A stretch of DNA of 64,000 nucleotides from Priapulus caudatus (lineage: Eukaryota). The DNA is taken from NCBI RefSeq assembly GCF_000485595.1, contig NW_014577073.1, positions 682,666 to 746,665 on the forward strand, read 5' to 3'. The position numbers and the translations under genes were made by a program. Of this stretch, positions 13,269 through 26,625 are shown in pieces. Position 1 is the stretch's first letter; the number at the start of each line of letters is the position of its first letter. Below the pieces are notes generated by a model. It was not told where the DNA came from, made no database searches, and was given only the letters and a program-made list of their open reading frames with translations.

Positions 13269-13770
13269 ATAGTATATATATGTTATAAAGTGCAACGTCA
13301 TTCGACTACAGAGCTGCACTTACCGCCCTCTGCCCGTAAGCGTCTTTCCAAGCTTTCACGCATAGCTAAGGCGATCACGTACACTTTTCCGGCATCATAG
13401 CGTAGATGGCTTACATGGAAGCGGCGTAAGCAACAATCTGTGACCCGGATGTCTCACTAAGCTGCGGCAAATAGACGTGTCTGCCTTGTGGATGAAACAG
13501 CGCCACGGCAAAGATTTCGATCTTCCACGAACAAGTATTTAAGTCACGATTATGCAAATAAAGATTTAATTGTTTTAGATGTTTTCTCTCGGAATGATGC
13601 AACTGCCGCGTGTCTTAATTAATTAATTAAAATTTAAACCAATTTAAATGTGGGCCATGCAGCGATGATGCTGGAACGCCTTCTTTGGATTACGTCGATT
13701 GAATCCAATCTAAAAATAAATATTAAATTTTATTCGGCTTGCAAAATAAAGGCGCACGCTACGATGGTGT

Positions 13771-13940
13771 AAAGCCCTGTCTACACTAGCAAACTTTAGT
13801 TTGCAAACTCGAGCAAACTCCGAGTTTGGCAAGAAAAGTTTTCCAAAGTTTGTCAGTGTAGACCAGTTGACAAACTTCGGCAAACTAGTTTGCAGAAGTT
13901 AGGCCGTGCACCTTCTTGACAAACTAGTTTGCTGAGGTTT
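13771..13940. mobile_element. Probable non-autonomous DNA transposon fragment with an imperfect inverted repeat and repeated CAAACT motifs
   Basis: ctgtctacactagcaaacttt (13777-13797) pairs imperfectly with aaagtttgtcagtgtagaccag (13845-13866); aaactagttt palindrome occurs twice. Confidence 0.5.
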
Positions 13941-14126
13941 GGAATAACTCATGTTACACACGGTGGCCATTTTGAAAAATGGCCGCCATTTTTTTTCAGC
14001 AGCATATTTTCAAGGTTGTCCACCTGGAAGTTGTTCAGGGAGGTCCCCTGAACACGTTGATACCAAACAACCTTTTATAGCATCCCGGTTCTGGTTTACC
14101 CCAAAAATGGGGTTTTGCCCCCTGGG

Positions 14127-14183
14127 TATAGATAGATAAATAGATAGATAGTTAGTTAGATAAATAGCTAGATAGATAGATAA
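14127..14183. repeat. (GATA)n microsatellite
   Basis: Read directly. Confidence 0.85.
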
Positions 14184-15552
14184 ATGAGAAGTCAATTGTA
14201 GATCTATGTAGACAATGCCAACAACACTAGCACAGCAGTGCGTGCGTGCATGCGTCTACGCGTGCGTGCATGCGTGCGCGCGCGCATGCGTATACGCGTG
14301 CGTGCATGCGCGCGTGTGTTTCTTGCGTGCATACGTGCATGTGTTCGTGCGTGAGTACGTGCGTGCGTGCATGTGTGTGGTAACGAAATTCCGTCAGATA
14401 CGGTACACTGTTCAGGCCTCGGAATAAACTTCGGCGACACCACAGTTGTGCACACAATATACAAGAAAACGCTTGGTAAACGCGACACAATGACATATGT
14501 GGCTGTCATCATCCGTGTGCTCACACTATTGGGGCGAGATGAATAGTAAGCACACTATGACACGCTGAATATAATCAAAATCGCTGGGAAATCGAGTAGG
14601 CAAGGTGACCGTGATATGTAAACACCGAATAGCTAGTGACTGTGATGACTGATATCCTGCTAATTAGCTCCTAAGGCCGAGTTTTAGCTCAGATCCGAGT
14701 TATCGGATTTCACTATATATTCATTAGAAATGGCTTCATTAGGTTCTATGCAACACATTATGCATGGCACCGCGTTGTGACGTTAGTTACTGACAACTGA
14801 TGCAGCTAATCTCCCAACGTAGCTCTTCACTCCGCAACAGACGGCGCCTGTTCCTGTCGGTGTTCCTGTCGGTGTTCCTAACTATTTCTAACCTATGTGC
14901 TAAACGCCCAACCCTTCTCTATGTACAACCAAACTATCTACGATTACTAATTCAATGTAACATCTGTACAACATGTGTAAAAAAGACGTTACACCTGTCC
15001 CAATTCCTCTTACCGTCCTTGTTTCTGTTGCGGAACAAATGACTACACGGGCAGATCTACGAACGATGCAAATTTTTTCGTGTCATGCTTGCTCCTGATT
15101 ACCTCTTATAGGGGAATCGTTTTTTTATCAGTGGTAATTCATCACAAATGTTATTCCCACTATTCATACGATCATACGAAACGATTTCTAGATCGATTTT
15201 CTAGCGAGGTTGCTCGGCTATTGTTAACTTAGCGATGTGAGAGATTCATTCGCAGTGATGTAGTTTATTTGCCTGCGGTATATTGCATGCAATGAGTGAC
15301 TGCAGTCAATATGAAGATAATACAAAACTATCACCTATATTCACTAATCTTTCTATAAATAACTCAGCGGCTTAGTCGTTGTGCGTTTGGTTGTAGTGAT
15401 GGAAATTCAGGTATCGCGTATAGACTTTCGGAGAACAGACCTAGCTGTATTCAGCGCACCGATATCTTCTATTTCCCCTCCCTATCGCGCCCGCTCTGTT
15501 TCCAACATCTCTTCTTCGCCCAAAACTTTCGTTTTTTCTCACTCCTTTATGC

Positions 15553-15588
<36 letters not shown>

Positions 15589-17921
15589 CCTCTCTCTTCT
15601 CTTCCTTACACTCATATTTCATTCAGTATACTCATTCTACCGCGATGTGAGATATATGTATTTGTCTGCACATCTACTAGCCCGTGTTACCGTCTGCTTC
15701 TCCCGTTGTTCACATCAGTGGGGTGTCACGTAGCTACTGAACTGAATGAACATGAACCATTTGACATGTTGAACTTAAAATCTTTAAATGAATATCGTTA
15801 TTAAACAATAATATTTTACGAATATCGTTCCGGCGGTGAGCTATCATTTAAACAAGATTTGGTTTAAAACTATGATCTCAGATATTTGTAAAATAAGCTA
15901 TTGTTAAGAATTTTAGTAGTGCTGTGGTGATAGGCTTTTTCGGTGTTGGTAGAACCTGCATGCAAACTTGCCAGGAACAATGTTTTATTTATTAAACAAA
16001 ATCAAATTATATATTGTGAATGTCCACTAGTTTTTATTACAAAAGCGATCATTATTTTGTATCCCTACTAGGACCGCCAAATACATTCTAGTAATGAGTA
16101 CGTTACTCACATATGAGGCAGAGTAATGTGCAAGCGAATTAACATGCAAGTAACGCCATCTGTGGCCACGTTTTGCAGAATAGAATTGGATTATCTTTCT
16201 AATGCTGCATTATCGCGAAAGCTATAAAAACCGACTGTAATGACACACGCATCTGTCATTTTCAACCCAATTCTCGTCACCGATACCATGTCACTAGACC
16301 CCGGGGTCCATCGCAGATATCCACGTCAATTCCTAGACTATGGATAACTGCGTGTGCGCGCGTCTATGACAGCATGTATTCAGACGTAGAGTGCATACAC
16401 AGTTCCGCCTGCATGAGAAACGATGCCATGATGCCATGTAAACGAGCTGCCTGCTCTGTCTTTAATACTTCTGCCTGCACTCACTAAATTGTTTTAACTT
16501 GGAACTCTTTGGTTTTCTGTTAGATGAACACCGAGTGAAGAAGAGGAGAGCAAAGTTTGAAATCTCAGGCTTACTCAGGCATATCTAGATAGAGAAAGGC
16601 GATGTGTGGTCCAAGGCCGTCCGTGGGATATCTAAAAAGACGTTAATATTAATAAGATTACCAAGATTTTTATGATAAAATAAGAATGAAGAAATACCAT
16701 TATCTAAAGTCTCGATCTCATAGATGATATAGATAATTATCTAAAGACCGATCGTTCGCATCGGCAGGTTAGAACGTTCTCGAACCGAGGCATATTGTGG
16801 TCCAATCTCTGCTCTTCTTACTTTCTGGTATCAATGACCAGTGGGGCGTTGTGTAAAAGAAAATAAAGTTACGTCAAAAGTTAACACAGTGACAGAACTC
16901 ATGATAATACTTATGAAATGACAAAAGCGTTTCCAGAAACACATCATAACTTTTGTGATTACCTTCTAAAAACTTACGACAACGGCTGTTTTCAATTACG
17001 ATATCAGTTTGATAGCTGCGACATGTCATGGAAATCATTCATCGTGAGTGGATATTGTCCTCCCTGCAAGAACGTGACTGTAATCGAGTGGCTCCATCTC
17101 TTCAGCCTCGATCATAACTAGATGTGAGATCCAAGCTTTTGCCGCGCGTGATTGTTTACGCTGAAATCCCGCGGTGAGCGGAAATCAGTACTTACTCATC
17201 TATAAACATGAATTCAACTGGAGTTCTTTTGAAGTTCCATCTGCGACAATCTATTCGTTTCTCGGTATCTCTGCGTGTCTCACGATTTGTAACCTGCCAA
17301 TGGCGAAGTCGTGGTTAGCGTTTATCGAAAATACCACCAGTGTCTGCGTTTGGTGCGGGTATAGCTGTACCATAAATAACGATTTCCTTTGCGTCCTAGC
17401 AATAATTGCGATTCCGTGCAGTATATAATCAGACCGTTTGCGTGCACATGGTCTCCTGCGATGCCAGTGAAAGGATGAACGATCGTATCTTACCCGTACG
17501 ACAGTCTGTTGCTACCTGTAATTACGTTAGCATAGAAGGTGAGCTCACTTGCATAGCAGAGAGAGAAGAATTCCCTATGCACCCTACATATACTCTGGCT
17601 CGAGAAAGAAAAAATCTGTTTGCAGTCAGCCGTTATTTCCGTGAACAAGTAAATGTTTCGATGTACGGAGACGTGACGTGGCGAGTCCCATATGCACTTG
17701 ACATGTTGCTCGAGATTTGGTGCTGCATGAAGTCGGAGTGCTCTCGTCAGTTGCTGAAAGCTATTCCACCATCGCATGTCAGCGGAATGCATCCCCAGAC
17801 ATGCCAGCAGCGTATGGCGAGACATAGGTGCAGGTGACTACTACTACCTAATGATTACCACCTGGTGACTACTAGGTGTAGTAACCCGTGGGTCCCGATC
17901 ATAGGCTATCATGGGCCACTG

Positions 17922-17952
<31 letters not shown>

Positions 17953-18488
17953 CGTGTGTGTGTGCGTGTATGCGTACTACACTTGTATTACATGTGTTGC
18001 ACATGTATACAATGTTTGCAACGTGTGTACACATTGTTTTCATGTACCACACTTGTATTACATGTGTTGTGCATGTATACAATGCGTGACCGTGAAAATT
18101 GAGTAGGCCCCTATGTTTTCTATTAAAATTAATCAAAAACTCAAAATCGATAAAATCAATGTGTTCTACTGTGTATTTGGCCTGTAGAGAAAACACACGC
18201 AATTTTCACTTGCCGAAGTCTCAAAGTCCACAGTGATCGATATAATGTTCAAATTTAACATTTTGTAGACCCTATCCCTCACAAACCTGCCTAGAATTTC
18301 CTAAAACAAGGAGAGAAAATGCCGCTATTAACTCTGTTTTCAAGCCACGCGGTACTCGGAGAAACACCAATGATATGCACATCAAAATACACGTTGGGAT
18401 TTTCTCATTAGGCAATTAATAATATGTACAGCGTCATCTACAACCAATGAGAGCGATTCGAAAATGGTAAACAAACCATCTGGGCTCT

Positions 18489-18744
18489 GGGGGCCGTAGC
18501 CTCTGGGGGCAAGGGGGCAGCTGCCTCCTAGATTTTGGAGCAAAAAAAGGGGGAAAAAGAAGCTTATCTAATCATCGTAAATAACGCTAATGTGATTTTT
18601 TTGGTCACTAATCCGTGAAAGCCTTGCCACCACTACCTGACGTCGATCAAGAGCTGCGCCCGTCGCTCATCATTACACAGTTGAGTCATGAAATTTTGCC
18701 CCCGCCCCCTAGGAATTTGCTCAGCCTACGACCCTACGGCCCTG
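18489..18744. mobile_element. MITE-like element with short GGGCCGTAG terminal inverted repeats and subterminal GGGGCA/TGCCCC motifs (hAT-like by resemblance)
   Basis: gggccgtag at 18491-18499 and ctacggccctg at 18734-18744; no clear TSD. Confidence 0.45.
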
Positions 18745-19000
18745 CTGGTATCTATAGTATTAGTATCTCATCTATTAATTTGTAAAATTGTATCTATATT
18801 AGTATTTGTGGTATCATCAACGTTTATGTGGTATGCGTGTGGCGCAAGGCATTATGGGGTTGGCAATAATAAAGATGTTAAAACGGTAAGACAACAATTG
18901 TATCGTTCATCAATATCTTCCACGACTCGAGTATAAGCATTTTCACATCAATAACTGCTACATGGTGTCAGACGTGTCCTGCAACCACATTGCATGTGAA

Positions 19001-19346
19001 TAAACTAGAGCACTCGGAGAGCACAGACCTCCGACAAGGCAACTGAATTCTCTCAATGTGAAATTTTTTATTAATTAATAAATTAATTAAGTGAAAAAAT
19101 TAATAAATTAATAAATTAATAAAATAATTAATTGGATCCGGATTAGTGCGAGTGTGCAGGTGGGGGAGGACTGTGGTTGCCCCTTAGCCTGTGGTTGCGT
19201 GTTTGTAAGTCTACAGCCAGCGCACCTAGCGGAAGTGAACTGAAACATGCATGGTAACAAACACACAAACCCACAAACACACAAACCAACACTCAAAGAC
19301 ACGCCGGTGAAAACATAACCTCCGCCAAGCCCCTGGCAGAGGTAAT
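19001..19346 (-). mobile_element. Non-autonomous Helentron/HINE-like (rolling-circle) element
   Basis: ACCTCCG(A/C)CAAG repeated near both ends (19027, 19318); terminal hairpin acctccgccaag-cccc-tggcagaggt; internal (CAAA/CACA)n; AACTAG end. This architecture resembles Helentron-associated elements. Confidence 0.6.
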
Positions 19347-21560
19347 GAACAGGATTCGGATCTACACGTCGAAACTACGCGAGAGTTCAAACCAAAAAAA
19401 ATAGTCACGTTTTTTTATATTTTCTTATAATGACACGGAGAATGTCACTTCTTCCCACATATATACGAGTCATGCAACAGTTGCCTTTGCCGATAGACAC
19501 AGATATTATCTTTAAGTTCTTCCCACATAAACGATTCGGTTGCTTTTTATTATACGCAAGGATTTTCTTTTTTTACTTCTTCCTGCATGAACATTTTCGT
19601 CGATTTTACGTGCAGATACGGATATTCCCTGTCAGTTCCCTCCTATACGCAGACGAGTCCGTTACTTCTGCTTCAGTGTGTACGCTACACCTAAGAAGCC
19701 TAGCATGGCATTCAGTTGCTTGTTATTTGCGGCATCAATAAAGATGACAGGAAACCATTAGTAACGTTTTACCGAAACTCTCTGGTCGAATGTTTCGTGT
19801 ATTAAAGCGCACTGTTCCACCTTGCTTCCGGGAATGTGACATAAATTCTTTTATGGTTCGGATGCAATGCTTGAGTGATTTTTGTTTTACAATAGTATAG
19901 TAACAACTGACTCGACGCTTTTCACCTGTTCGGTGCCTTTGTTGCCGATTACTGTCATCTGGGGTTTTCTAACTATTTATATTCGTGATTTTAAATTCTA
20001 AAAGTAACATTTATTTGGATTCTAAAGTGCAAAATGTGCAGTAAGAGAATCAGGTCCGCGCGTATACATACAATGACTTATTGTTATTAAAATCAAATCA
20101 AGTTAATAATACTATCAAGTTAATATTAAATTAATATAATAATTCCAGAAATTAACAGAACACAAGATGACAACGTCGATTATGGCGATGTTATTGAAAT
20201 TGATTGCGTTAAACATGACTTGCGTGTTTTATTTAGCACTCTACATCACCGCAAACCTGAATCAATTGACGTTTTCGTCAAGTACAGTAGTTTACAAAAT
20301 ATGAAAGCATGTACAGTCTCATTTCCTGGAAAATACCTATTAGAGAACGCAATTTCTGATCGAGATTGTGTCTGGAAATAATATTTTAGAATGTTCTCGC
20401 ATTATTAGCCGGGGTGGGGGTGGGGGGGGGTCTTAAACTGCCATAACTGACAGTAGAGTCTTATGCGTTGAATTTTGTGCGTTGCAGGAACGTTTGATTT
20501 GCTTAGTAATTAGTTGCTAGTACTAGAAGTAGTATGTAGGTAGTACTAGTATATTAAGTACGCTGCAGATTTTACAATTGGAAATTTTACTTCAATTTTT
20601 TCCCAAGGAAATTTAAATTATCTAAGATTAGCTGTACTAATTTAGTCATTATAATTGCAAATTAATTCCTTTTCATGTACCAAATTTGCAGATACTTTTA
20701 GCGTTGTCCGGCTGTTTAAGTCGGCTAATTATGTGATTAGTTAAATATGTACTTAAATCGCTTCGTGAAACAGATTTTTAAGTATGATTAGTGATTTAAT
20801 CATAATTAAAGTTAATCACGCTTAGTGAAACCGACCCCTGATATTACCAATGAAATAATTATATATTCTAATAATAGAATTCTTGTATCATAACAGCGTA
20901 ATAGTATAAAATCATTACATCTCGTCAAGAGTAAGATAATAAGATAGTAATTAAGTCATAATGGGTTATTATCTTACTCTTGATCTCGTTCAAGCCATCG
21001 GAAACTTGCTATTATTGCATACATAGTAGTTACCATGCAGTACAAATAATGTAGTAGTACAAATAATATGGTTGTTCATATAAAATGAGACAAAATAGCG
21101 CGTAATAAAAGGCTGACCTGTATATTCAAGCACATAAGAGGACATTACGCGATATATCATGCCCAGGAAAGACACCCACAACCATAACCATTATCAGGTG
21201 TGAATATAATGACAGTGTATCATTATTCACCCTTGCTATTATATAGTCGCAAGAAAGCGAGAGCACCGATAGCGTGCCACACAAATAGAGAGTCTGCACC
21301 CGGACTCATTCTATTACCTAGAACTAAGCTGATATACTTCCATTTCGCTCTAGCTGGCTGAATTAGACGACGTGTCGATTTTATGTCGCGTGTGCATCTG
21401 CTGGTTAGCCTAACCTATAAAACTGCGGTAATTGAAAGAACGCGGTGCGCATGCGCGGGGAAGCCCGGCTTCCTGCAAGCTTTCTACCACCTTTTCCCCA
21501 GCAGACGGTACTCGCAGGTTAACCGATACAACAACCGCATGGCTAAGGATGAAACATGAA

Positions 21561-21564
<4 letters not shown>

Positions 21565-21608
<44 letters not shown>

Positions 21609-21720
21609 GCATCCCTATCAGATGTGGGTTCTTGTTTCTAAATGTCAAGGATGTTTTCTTCTGTGAAATTTATGGAAGCTTTTAATAAGATCCGTAGATG
21701 GTTTAAAAACGTTTGACTCT

Positions 21721-21758
<38 letters not shown>

Positions 21759-21809
21759 GCATCCCTATCAGATGTGGGTTCTTGTTTCTAAATGTCAAGG
21801 ATGTTTTCT
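21565..21809. repeat. 150-bp-period tandem duplication: (TA)n-A-B-(TA)n-A
   Basis: catgcatccctatcag...gatgttttct identical at 21606 and 21756. Confidence 0.9.
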
Positions 21810-22307
21810 CGCTGCCGCAATCCAATTGCGTTTTGTTGCGCATAAAGCGTGCTGGAATTGACTAGTTTTCATCGCTTCGAGCGCGAGAATTCTAGCGAAT
21901 GTCATATGCTAACAGCTAGGCGTCAGGAACGAGTTTTCGTGTAGATTTTCGCACGCCTCAAGCATGTTTGAATGAACAAGTTCCCACTTTTCCATCTTTC
22001 TCGCCTTTCTCTTGCCCAGAATGCGAGAGAATACGTATCCGGCCGTATCCGGTCGTCTCGCTTCTCAATTTTATCCGAACGTTTTCTCAATTATAGTGAT
22101 CCTGCTTTCAGCTTCTCCGTTTCTCGGTGATACACATGTATAATGGCGCACCTGTTTGTGCCATCGATCCACGCAGGCGGTAAGCATTAGCTAAGAAACA
22201 TGGAAACGCAGAAACAAAAAGATCCACTCGAAATTCTAAATAGTTCCTGGAAGGGACTGTAAACAGCTACAGCTGTCCGCGCCTACATTGTGTAATGTGT
22301 TCTGCAG

Positions 22308-22476
22308 GTGACGACGCGATCAGTTCGCATGAATTCACACGAAAAGATATATACGAAAAACACGCGCATATGCACGTAAAATGCTGTAGGGTGTACAACG
22401 TATGTAACAACGTATACTTCGAAAGGCATGTTCATGTAAAACTTTATTGGCCTTCCTGTTGCAATCTTTTGATGAG
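22308..22476 (+). CDS. Candidate isolated coding exon: DDAISSHEFTRKDIYEKHAHMHVKCCRVYNVCNNVYFERHVHVKLYWPSCCNLLM
   Basis: ttctgcag| acceptor and AG|GTATGT donor bracket an open frame; no partner exon established. Confidence 0.25.
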
Positions 22477-25400
22477 GTATGTTTAATGTATGTATAGGAT
22501 GTCGGACCATTCCAGAATGCATGAGAAGTGCAGAAGGAGTTCTATGTTTAGATATAAGCCATATTATATAGTGTCGTATACATCGTATTTCATGTTGGAT
22601 TTGTAGTCGAGAGGTACAGTATGTGTGTTCAGACGTTCGCTACGTCCGTATTCATCACGAGATAGCTAATATCGCTAATGACGGTCGCGCACGTCTATAC
22701 ACCGACTATTGCACACCGCGGACCGACAGCTGCGCTCCTAGCGGCAGATCCGCGCGCACAGTAATTCTCTCGTAATGAGAAATAGTATGTGGGCTAATTA
22801 GTTTCGTTCACCTTAGCACGTGTCCCCCCGAGCCGCCATTGTCACCGCGAATAAAATCTGCTAGCCAGCGATAAACAGATGTGTTTCCGCGAACGACAAT
22901 ACGACAGACGTTGATAACCTTAGTCAGACATGCACATGTATTTCTATTAATATGCGCGTGCCCGCGGCTAGTGGGTATATTACTTGACGCTCGTTCGCGT
23001 TGTTATTGTCGGCTGAATTCACTGCAGTGTCTCTGCGGTGACGTGAGCCTACTCACACGGGATCGTTTTGCATCAAGCGAGCTCTTTAGAAATGTTTTTC
23101 GAATGGGAAATAAATTAATCCTGCATGCCTTCAGCTCTTTTCGAAAACAACCGTTGAGAGTATATATATACGAGCGAACAGGGCAAATAGCATGATAGAG
23201 ATCATAAAGTACGTAGATGCAACGATATCAGAGCGATATGTAATGATCTCTCTTCCGTTAACCTAATATCACACATCGAGTGTTCGCCAGTGTGCATCTA
23301 GCAACGTATTAATTGTGAATTCTAACTCCAATCTTTAACCTAACTATAACGCTATTGTTAAGGCTTACCCGAACGTTAAGTAATTAAAAAAGGTTAATCT
23401 TAACCATGACTTCCGTAATCTATCGAGAATTACGCACCTAAATTGGTCGTTATCCATTCACAGGCTTCTATACAGCACATAATCGAATTTTCGCCCATAT
23501 CAACTACGATATTTTGTATTTGGTCAGGTATTTTACGCGGAACACGAGAGCTCTAATGTAGGTCCTGTAGTGATAAACCTGGCATGTGAATTTTCGGCAT
23601 GCTCAATATCTGACCGACGATGTGTCCGGCATTTTGTTCCCGCAGTCCTCACGTGGCTGTCGCGGCATAATTAGATTTAGTATATGTGTATGTAAGCTGG
23701 CGTTCGTTGTTAAAAGCATCGTAAAGTTAAGGCTCGGCATTACTAATGTTAGTTTTACGAGAATAGCGTTGACAGAAACACATCGCAGCTACAGTATGAA
23801 ACCTACGGTAAGAGCAACTGGATAATTTTATGTTACAAGGCTGCTAATTAGGTGAGAATCGATCACATACTGCACAAACTCAAATTCATATACATTTATT
23901 GCACATGATAGGAATATATGCATTTAATGATATCGCGTGTAAATGATAAAATGTGTAAAAATGGCATGATTATGGTTTTATTATGCACTGCAAGACATTA
24001 TTCTACTCGGTAACACGTGACGCAAGTGTCATCAATGAATATCCAAAACAAGAACAATTGCCACTGAAATGCTCGCTTTGGTACTTGATCTGGAGACAGG
24101 TAGTGTTTCTGATATATATAATTGTAATATTGGTTCGTCATTGCGTTATTTTCTCATTCGTTTTAAAATAGATCCGAGAGGTCTACAATGTCGTAATGAT
24201 AAGATTGTTATAATTTGCTAGGATTATTTCATTCCCTTACGATGTTTCTGTCAACGGTTTACGGGGAAAGTTCGTGTTGACTAATTAAGACTAATTTAGA
24301 TTAGGACAACGAGCTCCTGATGGACAATAATGGTATGTAATCAGACACTTGGCACATAACCATTCGGCATGCGATGAACACTCACGCTGTCGAATAATGA
24401 TTGCTCACGTCTCAGATGCGCACGTCTCAGAATTCTGCAAAAACGTGCAGACAGTTATCGAGTAAGCAATTATCGCTAGTGCACGCGTCTCTGATTCGCT
24501 ACTACTCGTGTTACGCGTGGGCACGATCTTGCGTCTGTCCTAGACTGGGTTCCCAGTCGGTGAAAGTCATCATAACGTTCTAAAAATACGGTAATACATG
24601 TCTTAAATCATCTCTGTACTTTTTGGGAATTTTTTTACCCCAACCACCAAGTTTTGTGGTTGGGAATCTTTCAATCTCGTACCCAGAGTGCTTTGCGCTC
24701 CCGTTGCTATTTATAGTTAACACTACGCGGCGTATGTGGCGTGTAACTTTCCACAGACTAGAACCTAGTGTACGTCCGTCCTTGCGAGCGACAGACAAGT
24801 GCCGTAAGAATCATTGTTATTCTCCCCGCCTCTTGTTCAGTTTCATGACAAGCAGCACTTGTGTCGAAGCGCCCCCGGACGGAGTCGGCCGCTGTCGCAC
24901 TATTTGATTTCTTGGTCGATAAACTGCTGTATAGCGCATTGTTCCGCGGCGGCTGTATCGAATAAAAGAACATACATATTGCGGTGACCGCTCGTCGCGA
25001 CACGGTGCATCGCGATAAAGAACATGTTACATATTGTCCGACTTCTCGCCACTTGAGCATCAATAGAACGCATTTAGATTTTGCGCGCAGTGCCTCCATC
25101 TGGCGTCTCGCAAACACGGTCATGTGAGAAATTGAAAACGAAATCCGATTTTAAAAACGTCCTCGCAGCGTATAGTGCGTGCGGGTAAAAACCTCGGGTA
25201 CGTACGTGCGCCTGTACGCATGCACGGATGCGTGCATGCGTCACGCGATCGCTCTGCGCGCATAATAACCGATCGGGAAAGCGAGGCATGCACTCAGCCC
25301 GCGGCGGAAGCGCGATTGAAATGCAGGTTAAGTTATAAACACGAGAAATCCGCTTGTAGCGACAAAGCGATGCTTTGCGCAAAAGCCGCGACGTTTCGTA

Positions 25401-26014
25401 GCCATTTTTGTTCGGCGCGCGCCGTTATAAATACCGACGAGATTCCCTAATCAACGTAATTCGCTTTCATCGACCCTAATAGTCAGATGTGATGTTCGTC
25501 CGCATGATAGTTATACGACTGGAATCGAATGGTTCGCGTACAATACCGGCGAATTATTTCTCCGCCACAATCACGCATCGATTCATGCTTTTTTTCGTCT
25601 TGCTACTTGCGTCTGTGGCGACATCTGTGTGCAACCGCGCCGCCTGCATATAGCATTTATGGCCGCGGGAAGGCGCGCGAGTATACGGCATCGGAAAATT
25701 CGAAAATCGATAGCTCCTTTAACCGCATCGAATTCTAGTTGGAAACCTGTCGGCATCGTGTCTCTCGATAACAGCCCTTAGTCGTTAAACGCACGCAGCG
25801 CCTCGCTCGCTTTTGGAGTAAAAATCGCATATCGCATTTCGCAACACACGTTTAACGATCCGCACTACACATTGGAGTGCCTGCCGCTTTCTCCTGTTGC
25901 CAGCCTAGTATATATTTGCTATCTGTAACACCTGCATGCACGCACGTCCGAACACGCACGCACGCACGCACGCACGCACGCACCTTTTATTATCACGTAA
26001 CAACACGGATTCTA

Positions 26015-26081
26015 TAGCCACGCCATCTATCGCTAGCCACGCCATCTATCGCTAGCCACGCCATCTATCGCTAGCCACGCC
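26015..26081. repeat. 19-bp perfect tandem repeat (TAGCCACGCCATCTATCGC) x3.5
   Basis: Read directly. Confidence 0.9.
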
Positions 26082-26333
26082 TACTAGCGTCCGTGTGTAA
26101 CTCGTGATTGCGGATGTCGCAATTATAAAACGCAAATTGTATCCATTTACGCTGTCCAAAATTGCTAAATATGTATAATGTATAATATCCCGCTAAAAAT
26201 GTCTTGGCCGGTGACGTGCAGGGTTGCGGCTTACGACCAAGTTATAGCTTATTCCATTAAAACGACATTATCGAAACGGCTACTATGACAGCGCACGCAA
26301 ATGGCGGCGAGCTCGCAAATCTTCACGAAAACT

Positions 26334-26420
26334 CTGTGAAATTTATGGAAGCTTTTAATAAGATCCGTAGATTGTTTAAAAACGTTTGACTCTCAATATA
26401 TATATATATATATATAATAT
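26334..26420. repeat. Dispersed copy of segment B plus (TA)n from 21661-21755
   Basis: ctgtgaaatttatggaagc...gtttgactctcaatatata; one substitution seen (gatg vs gatt). Confidence 0.9.
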
Positions 26421-26555
26421 ATAGATATAATTGCCGACAAAGTCAATCATGCAATAAAGAGTTGCCGTCGCCGCCGCCGCTGCCGCTGCGCGCCGACAAA
26501 ACGCGAGAGCGGCCGGGTAGGGCGGATGGACACGGAGTATAACGTGAGCACGCGA

Positions 26556-26563
26556 GCGTGCGT

Positions 26564-26625
<62 letters not shown>

